A DNA stretch of 34,721 nt from an uncultured bacterium (lineage in GTDB: Bacteria; Bacteroidota; Bacteroidia; Bacteroidales; JACABE01), in contig CAIWDQ010000623.1 in NCBI GenBank assembly GCA_903911455.1, positions 1 through 34,721 on the forward strand, given 5' to 3'. Numbering within the stretch: the first letter of the stretch is position 1; every line of letters begins with the position of its first letter. The notes beneath the pieces are model-generated. The model was given only the letters and a program-made list of their open reading frames with translations, was not told where the DNA came from and searched no databases. This document shows, in pieces, positions 26,645 through 34,721 of this stretch. Position numbers and translations under genes: made by a program.

Positions 26645-26678
26645 TATTGCCTATTGCCTAATTTCGTAATTCGTAATT
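26645..26678. repeat. Short heptamer repeats between convergent genes
   Basis: TATTGCC-TATTGCC-TAATTTCG-TAATTCG-TAATT. Confidence 0.55.
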
Positions 26679-26679
26679 T

Positions 26680-28746
26680 TTAAAGAGTGGGATACTCCAA
26701 ACGTACATGGTGAACACTCATCAGATTCCTTTTTAGTATCTTCTTTATCTTTTCAATATCACGAAAAGTAATATTAGAATTATTAAATTGATTTAATTTA
26801 ATCTGTTTGTTAATAATATTCTCAACCAGATCATTTATTGATTGCTCATCAATAACCTGTGTACTTCGGGTAGCAGCTTCCACCGAATCAACCATCATAA
26901 CTACAGCAGTTTCTTTGGAGAAAGGAATAGGTCCGTGATAGGTAAACTTACCCTCGTTAAAACCTTCTTCAGCAAATTCATCTTTCTGCTTACTAAAGAA
27001 ATAATCAGTCTTACGCGTACCATGATGCGTTCGGATAAAATCAATAAGTTGTTCAGGGAGATTATGTTTCTTAGCCTTCTCCACACCTTTAATAACATGA
27101 CTAATAATAATCTCAGCACTCTCTTCGCTCGATAATTCGTTGTGAGGATTAATACCGTGCGCCTGATTCTCTATAAAATAAACAGGCATGTCGAGTTTAC
27201 CAATGTCATGATACAATGCACCTGCACGCGTTAATAAAGGATTGCCACCAATCTCAAATATAACTTCCTCGGCCATATTAGCCACCTGCATCGAATGCTG
27301 GAAAGTCCCGGGAGCTTTAGCAGCAAGTTCGCGCAAGAGTTTAGTATTAGTATTAGATATCTCCATCAACGAAACATCAGTAACATAGCCAAACATCTTC
27401 TCGAAAAGAAAGATAAGAGGATACGAAAAGAGAGTCATCAAAGCACTTCCTCCAAAATAAGCAAACCGAATATAAGTAATATTATGAAGATTGCCATCCT
27501 GAATCATCGTCAATCCAATATATATTAACGAATAAGTGAAGAAGATAAACAAAGAGGTAAGGAAAAACTGCGCCCTTCTTTCCAGATTAGAAATACTAAT
27601 AATAGTAATAATACCGGCTATCAACTGCAGGAAAATATACTCAAAACTATTAGGTGCCAGAAATCCAATGATCATAATAGTAACAAGATATACGAACAAT
27701 GCAAGTCGTGTATCAAAGAAAACGCGGATAATAATCGGCACCAGACACAACGGAACTAAATACAATAAACTTGGATTGGTACGGATAACGATACTTGTAA
27801 TAAGCACCATCATTATAATAACTAATAGTATGAATACGATGTTTTTGTTATCAAGAATAATCTCTCTGCGGAATGAATATAAAAATAATGCAAGCACAAT
27901 TAATGATAACGAAAGTAGAATAATTTGTCCTAATATAATAATATAATATTTAGAAGTAGAACCCAATTGCTTTTCATATTCTGCTTTTAAAGATATAAGC
28001 ACCTGATACTTCTCAGCAGTAATAATATCTCCTTTCGAAATAATACGTTGCCCATTTTCAATCATCCCTTTAGTAGCAGAGATCTTAGCCAACGTATTTT
28101 GTTTTTCCTTTTCAGTAATATCAGGATCATATTTTACATTCTGGAAAACAAAAGACTGAAGCAAAGGTATCAAAAGATCTTTATCAATATCTTTAACAGA
28201 ATTAAACTCCTGTTGAATAAAATTATTAGCATTGGTTATTGTAAAAAAAGAAGTAAGATCACGAGGGTCGGCTGTATTCTTATTAAGAAGATTAATAGTA
28301 AGATTTGTAGGTTTGTTTTCAATCTCAGGAACTAATTCAATAACTCCCTTATTATATATTGTATCAAAAATCTTAATAGCAAAAATTTTATTCTTCTCTT
28401 TATTAATAATGATCTTTTTATATTTCTTATTCCAGGCATCCTCAAAAGCAGTTTGTAATTCCTGTTTTTTCTGATTTGTTTCTTCTATATTCTTCCTAAA
28501 AAAAGGTTTAGTATCTTTAAGGATAGTATCCTTTTCAGCCCCCAGATCTTCTTCAGATTTATTAATAGCAAAATCAAAAGGAGCAATCAAATCATCATGC
28601 ATCCAGAACTTACCCTTATGAAACTCATATTTAAAAGTACCTTCTTTTGGAAAAAGCAATACTAAAATAATAATACCTAATACAAAGAGAATGACTTTGT
28701 AGATATTAGCAAACTGATTCCTTAAGTAGCCAAATATTTTCTTCAT
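26680..28746 (-). CDS. 7TM-HD membrane phosphohydrolase (PgpH-like, HDIG domain)
   Basis: N-terminal TM, large extracytoplasmic domain, 7 TMs, then APGTFQHS, ALYHDIGK, FIENQ, HHGT and DSVEAA. Confidence 0.93.
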   Translation of the reverse strand: MKKIFGYLRNQFANIYKVILFVLGIIILVLLFPKEGTFKYEFHKGKFWMHDDLIAPFDFAINKSEEDLGAEKDTILKDTKPFFRKNIEETNQKKQELQTAFEDAWNKKYKKIIINKEKNKIFAIKIFDTIYNKGVIELVPEIENKPTNLTINLLNKNTADPRDLTSFFTITNANNFIQQEFNSVKDIDKDLLIPLLQSFVFQNVKYDPDITEKEKQNTLAKISATKGMIENGQRIISKGDIITAEKYQVLISLKAEYEKQLGSTSKYYIIILGQIILLSLSLIVLALFLYSFRREIILDNKNIVFILLVIIMMVLITSIVIRTNPSLLYLVPLCLVPIIIRVFFDTRLALFVYLVTIMIIGFLAPNSFEYIFLQLIAGIITIISISNLERRAQFFLTSLFIFFTYSLIYIGLTMIQDGNLHNITYIRFAYFGGSALMTLFSYPLIFLFEKMFGYVTDVSLMEISNTNTKLLRELAAKAPGTFQHSMQVANMAEEVIFEIGGNPLLTRAGALYHDIGKLDMPVYFIENQAHGINPHNELSSEESAEIIISHVIKGVEKAKKHNLPEQLIDFIRTHHGTRKTDYFFSKQKDEFAEEGFNEGKFTYHGPIPFSKETAVVMMVDSVEAATRSTQVIDEQSINDLVENIINKQIKLNQFNNSNITFRDIEKIKKILKRNLMSVHHVRLEYPTL

Positions 28747-28809
28747 AATGATAAGATATCTATTTATATTAATGTATCAAATAGAAGAATCGAACATATC
28801 AATTTAAAA

Positions 28810-29838
28810 TTATAAAGGAACTATATCCAATATAGTAAACGAATTAGGTTTAGGAGCAGGACGAGGTTTAGGATTCTCAGCAGTTGGCTTGGGAGCAGGC
28901 TGAAAGTCAGAACAAGGTAAATAAATATGATGTGTCTTTTGATTAACTGCAATAGTACGGGCTCCTCTTTGGGTAATAGTATTTTCAATCACTACATATT
29001 TATCTTTGCCCTCTTGCTGCACAACAGTCATAGTCCCATCGCCATTAGAGCTGTATATTCTTTTTAAATCTATATCAAAAGCAACTCCATCCACTCTTTC
29101 TCCAATAGGAATAGTTGTAATAGTATTTCCTGTTTCTGCATCAATAATAACCATCAACTTGTTTCCACAAACAGTAAATAGACGATGATTAACATTGTCA
29201 ATGGCTAAACCACTTGGCTCTTCTCCTTGTTTAACATCAAAATACTTTTCAACTTTTAAAGTAATTGAATTAATAACTGCTATCTGGTTTTTGTCTTCTA
29301 TATTTACATAAACTAAACCATTATTATTGGTAACAGAAAACTCAGGTTTACCACTAAGCGGAATTGTAGCTATTACTTTATTTTCTTTTGCATCTATAAC
29401 AGTAGCACTTGCACTTCCTCCATTATAAGCAAATACTTTATGTGAAAACGGATCATAAAGAATAGCATCAGGATTACGTCCTGTAACTTTAATCTTAGTA
29501 ATAGTCTTTAATGTTGTTAGATCAAAGATAGTAACAGCCGAATCTCTGCCATCACTAATAAAACCTTTGTTAAGATCTGCAGCAATAGCTATCCCATGAA
29601 CTCCTTTAGTATCCTGAATAGTTCCAACGACTTTATTTTTGGTAATATCTACAACCTGTACCATATTTCCATGCGAAACATACAATCTGCCTGCTACATC
29701 ATCCACTGAAAGATAATCCCAACCTGCATCACCATCTAAATGAATGCGGTCGCTTATCTTATATTTATTTACATTCTGAGCTTCCACTCTTATAAAAAGA
29801 GCAAAAAGTAGAACGATTAAAACATTAATTTTTTTCAT
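28810..29838 (-). CDS. YncE/YVTN-type beta-propeller exported protein
   Basis: Signal peptide; GWDYL, GVHGIA, NPDAILYD and GARTIA blade motifs; Pro-rich tail. Confidence 0.85.
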   Translation of the reverse strand: MKKINVLIVLLFALFIRVEAQNVNKYKISDRIHLDGDAGWDYLSVDDVAGRLYVSHGNMVQVVDITKNKVVGTIQDTKGVHGIAIAADLNKGFISDGRDSAVTIFDLTTLKTITKIKVTGRNPDAILYDPFSHKVFAYNGGSASATVIDAKENKVIATIPLSGKPEFSVTNNNGLVYVNIEDKNQIAVINSITLKVEKYFDVKQGEEPSGLAIDNVNHRLFTVCGNKLMVIIDAETGNTITTIPIGERVDGVAFDIDLKRIYSSNGDGTMTVVQQEGKDKYVVIENTITQRGARTIAVNQKTHHIYLPCSDFQPAPKPTAENPKPRPAPKPNSFTILDIVPL

Positions 29839-29883
29839 TGTTTAAATATTAAATTGTCATTAACTAAAGTACAAAATTAAGCT

Positions 29884-30606
29884 TTATTCTTTTAAAGCAT
29901 CAATTAAAACATTTCCTTTTAACACAGGAACTACATTTGTTGAGTCATTTTTAAAAGTATATTCAAGTACATCATCAAGTTTTAATCTTTTTAAACGATG
30001 TCGGTGAGCAGCTTTCTCAATATAAGCCAAAGGATCTTTCTTAGCTGTCAACCAAAGATCTAATGAGGCTTCTGCAGCATCACAATCCATCTTAAAATTA
30101 TTATTTAAAAGAAGTCTTTCAATTAATGCTCCTGCAAAGATAGTATCTTCCAGATTAAATTTATTCTTCCATCCTGCACATAAAATTACAAGATTCTTAT
30201 TTTCTTTTATTAAATAATCAGCTAATACACTTAAATTATTAAACGCACCAATTGCAAGTCCCTTAGCATGTTTTGCCAGATCAATTGCCTGAGTCCCGTT
30301 AGTTGTACTATAAACTATTGTCTTTCCTTTTACTTCTTCATTCATAAAATTGAATGCAGAATTACCGAAGTCAGCAAAATCCAGTACCTTTCCATCTCTT
30401 TCAGAAGCCACAAGAAAACCTTTACTTTTATATTCTTTTGCCTGCTCAATAGTTGCAACAGGTATTATTTCTTTTACACCGTTTTCGAATGCAGCACAGA
30501 TAGATGTACTTGCTCTAAGTATATCTACCATCACTACAATATAGTTTTCTTTAGTCATTATCTCATCAAATAACTTAGGCGTAAGACAAACCTCAATAGT
30601 ATTCAT
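29884..30606 (-). CDS. comB: 2-phosphosulfolactate phosphatase family
   Basis: DILRAS, ERDG, FGNS, STTNGT, CAG and LED motifs. Confidence 0.9.
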   Translation of the reverse strand: MNTIEVCLTPKLFDEIMTKENYIVVMVDILRASTSICAAFENGVKEIIPVATIEQAKEYKSKGFLVASERDGKVLDFADFGNSAFNFMNEEVKGKTIVYSTTNGTQAIDLAKHAKGLAIGAFNNLSVLADYLIKENKNLVILCAGWKNKFNLEDTIFAGALIERLLLNNNFKMDCDAAEASLDLWLTAKKDPLAYIEKAAHRHRLKRLKLDDVLEYTFKNDSTNVVPVLKGNVLIDALKE

Positions 30607-30692
30607 AAAAATTGAATTAAATTCACTACAAAATTAATGCTTTCTATGATATAAATGAGAGGAAATGTTAATTGTTTTAAAATTGTTAATAA

Positions 30693-32753
<2,061 letters not shown>

Positions 32754-32777
32754 TTAGGGTGTTTATACTGTTTGTTT

Positions 32778-32810
32778 AAAAATACTGCCTCTCTGGCAGT
32801 ATTTTTTTTT
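32778..32810 (+). terminator. Rho-independent terminator of gyrB
   Basis: AAAAATACTGCC-TCTCT-GGCAGTATTTTTTTTT. Confidence 0.88.
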
Positions 32811-32894
32811 GCCTTTTTATCAAAAATCTTCTTATAAAAGATGTCATTCATTCGTTAGAAATTATTATTTTTACATCCTAAATGATTTATCACA

Positions 32895-33428
32895 ATGAAA
32901 GAGTTAGAAAACATGCTTTACGACAGTAGCAGAAGGTGTATTCTGTTGGCTGTAGATGTGTTGGAGCAAAAGCCCGAACTATTTAATGACATGCTTTCAC
33001 TTTGTATGGAAAGCAAATATCCAATGGCAATGCGTGCTGCCCGTGTTATCCAGTTTTATTGTGATAAATTTCCTGAAACCATCCTTAATCATATCGATTA
33101 CGTTATTCCATTGTTTATTAAAACTAATGTGGATGGTGTGAAAAGAAGTATTATGAAGATTTTTATCGATCGTATTGATGTAAATCTTATTCCTGACCTA
33201 GGGCTCGTCCTCTCAAAATGTTATGACTGGCTTCTTTCAGATAAAGAACCAATTGCCGTAAGGGTTTACAGTCTTGAATTGATAAATAAAATAGCTTTAT
33301 CCGAACCCGATCTCTTTCTGGAACTTAAAATTGTTATTGAGCAAATGGATTTTGATAATTATCCAAGCCTTCGTTATAGAACGCAAAGGATTTTAAAGTA
33401 TCTTAGGAAAAAAGAAATGCTTTATTAA
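32895..33428 (+). CDS. Hypothetical protein, probably helical-repeat (HEAT/ARM-like)
   Basis: 177-aa ORF with amphipathic helices (AMRAARV, EPIAVRVYSLELI). Confidence 0.75.
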   Translation: MKELENMLYDSSRRCILLAVDVLEQKPELFNDMLSLCMESKYPMAMRAARVIQFYCDKFPETILNHIDYVIPLFIKTNVDGVKRSIMKIFIDRIDVNLIPDLGLVLSKCYDWLLSDKEPIAVRVYSLELINKIALSEPDLFLELKIVIEQMDFDNYPSLRYRTQRILKYLRKKEMLY

Positions 33429-34603
33429 TGTAGTCTAAGCTTTTCAACTGAACCTGAAAATGTATCGTACTCAATTGAGCGTGTTGAGCGAGGCAAATTC
33501 ACAACAATTCCAAACTGACTTATTGATGTTTTGTAATCCTTTAATATATTATTATGATATGATATTATTACTTCCGAAAACTCAGGTATTCTGTAAGCAA
33601 ACCCATGTTTCCCTTTGTTAAGAGATTCCTTTTGTTTATTATAAATATTTGTATTGTAAAGACACCCTTTACTACTTACATTAATATTTACATAATCACC
33701 TTCTTTACTATATAAATCAAGGACTCCTTTACTTGCTGAGAACTTGAATAATGGAGCATTATTAACAGTCGTCACCTTTGCTGAAGTATCTTTTTGAGGT
33801 AAATAATAAAAAGTATATGTTAAAGTATGCTTCACGGTTATTCCCGAAAAGAGTTTCAGATAATCATTTTCCTGCTTATCCAATTCATTGTAAATAAACT
33901 CAAGTGTTGATTTATCTTTCACATCCTGATCACCGTTAAGGTACGAAAATCTGGTTTCTTTAAGTTTATTAATAAAGTCAACCATCTCTTTGGCTTTCTG
34001 TTCAGTAGGTTTTTCAACAATAGTTTTCTTTAAAATAGTTTCTCTAACTATTCCCGTATCACCTTCCACGTCACGATACATAGTATCAACCTTTTCGTAC
34101 ATATTTAACTCAACAAAATTCTTAAACAATTCAGGAATGTCGCCATTATCTTTTGTGTCTTTTACATTATCTTTATAATAATTTTGTTCTGTTTCTATTT
34201 TTTTTATTCTTTTAGGATTAATAGCTTTAAGATAACCTCTATAGTCAATATCAACACCTAGTTTTTTACAATTAGTTTCAACAAAATAAAACTGACTTGT
34301 ATCCGGTTCACTATACGAAATTATTTCAACGTCAGCAATCTGATATGAGGTAGCATTTTCAGTAATAATATTCTTCAATCCCAGATATTTGGCAGCATAT
34401 TCAGAGTATGGCCCTTTGATATTCTCCTTTTGCACAACTTTAACAGTTATCTTAAAATAAGTTTGTGGAAGCATATAATAAAAACCCGCTTTCTTGGTGG
34501 GTTTAGCATCTTTAGTAACGCGAATAACATTGTAACCGGGCAGGCACGACGTCATTACAACGACAACCATCAGCATATAAAAGCCAAATCTAATCTTATT
34601 CAT
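33425..34603 (-). CDS. Lipoprotein, DUF4831-like
   Basis: Lipobox MTSC; YMLPQT, GPYSEYAAKYLG, YLKLFSG, YRIP and SQFG motifs; TACTTTTG on minus at 34650-34657. Confidence 0.8.
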   Translation of the reverse strand: MNKIRFGFYMLMVVVVMTSCLPGYNVIRVTKDAKPTKKAGFYYMLPQTYFKITVKVVQKENIKGPYSEYAAKYLGLKNIITENATSYQIADVEIISYSEPDTSQFYFVETNCKKLGVDIDYRGYLKAINPKRIKKIETEQNYYKDNVKDTKDNGDIPELFKNFVELNMYEKVDTMYRDVEGDTGIVRETILKKTIVEKPTEQKAKEMVDFINKLKETRFSYLNGDQDVKDKSTLEFIYNELDKQENDYLKLFSGITVKHTLTYTFYYLPQKDTSAKVTTVNNAPLFKFSASKGVLDLYSKEGDYVNINVSSKGCLYNTNIYNKQKESLNKGKHGFAYRIPEFSEVIISYHNNILKDYKTSISQFGIVVNLPRSTRSIEYDTFSGSVEKLRLH

Positions 34604-34721
34604 ACTCTTAATTATTATTTTGTTGATAGAAATAAGTATTTCTTTTCTGCAAAAGTAGTTATTTTTTAGCTATTGAAGTCTTTTTTAATTCTTAAAATTA
34701 TCTTAATAATAAAATTGAACA

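Noticed and set aside
29884-30606. Coenzyme M biosynthesis implied by comB
   Set aside because: Stand-alone ComB-family phosphatases are widespread, and no comA, comC or comDE is in the window.

Overview
AT-rich chromosomal segment, almost certainly from a Bacteroidota (Bacteroidales-like) organism. Support: TAnnTTTG promoter boxes before most genes, a T9SS C-terminal domain, and DUF3127/DUF4159/DUF4831-type genes. The coding content is mostly housekeeping and envelope genes: dtd, a PhoB/PhoR-like two-component pair, a GGGP/PcrB-family prenyltransferase, an EamA transporter, ahcY, pyrK-pyrD, exbB-exbD-tonB, folC, tRNA-Leu(TAG), rsmE, cdd, a T9SS cargo protein, a TonB-dependent receptor, three tandem outer-membrane beta-barrel paralogues, a 7TM-HD phosphohydrolase, a comB-like phosphatase and gyrB. 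No transposase, integrase, cas gene or canonical CRISPR is visible. The unusual material is intergenic. (i) Three unrelated, strictly phased tandem arrays with a conserved core and a variable part: 21 bp x11 at 8780-9010, 21 bp x12 at 19081-19332 and 41 bp x7 at 24171-24458. (ii) A 29-bp inverted repeat enclosing a promoter-like box between two divergent orphan genes, a candidate invertible element. (iii) Dense mosaics of several REP-like palindrome families and 7-10-bp mini-repeats. (iv) A LytTR-type direct repeat before the T9SS gene. (v) An orphan gene split at an A9 tract. Family assignments come from motif recognition by eye; no database search was run.
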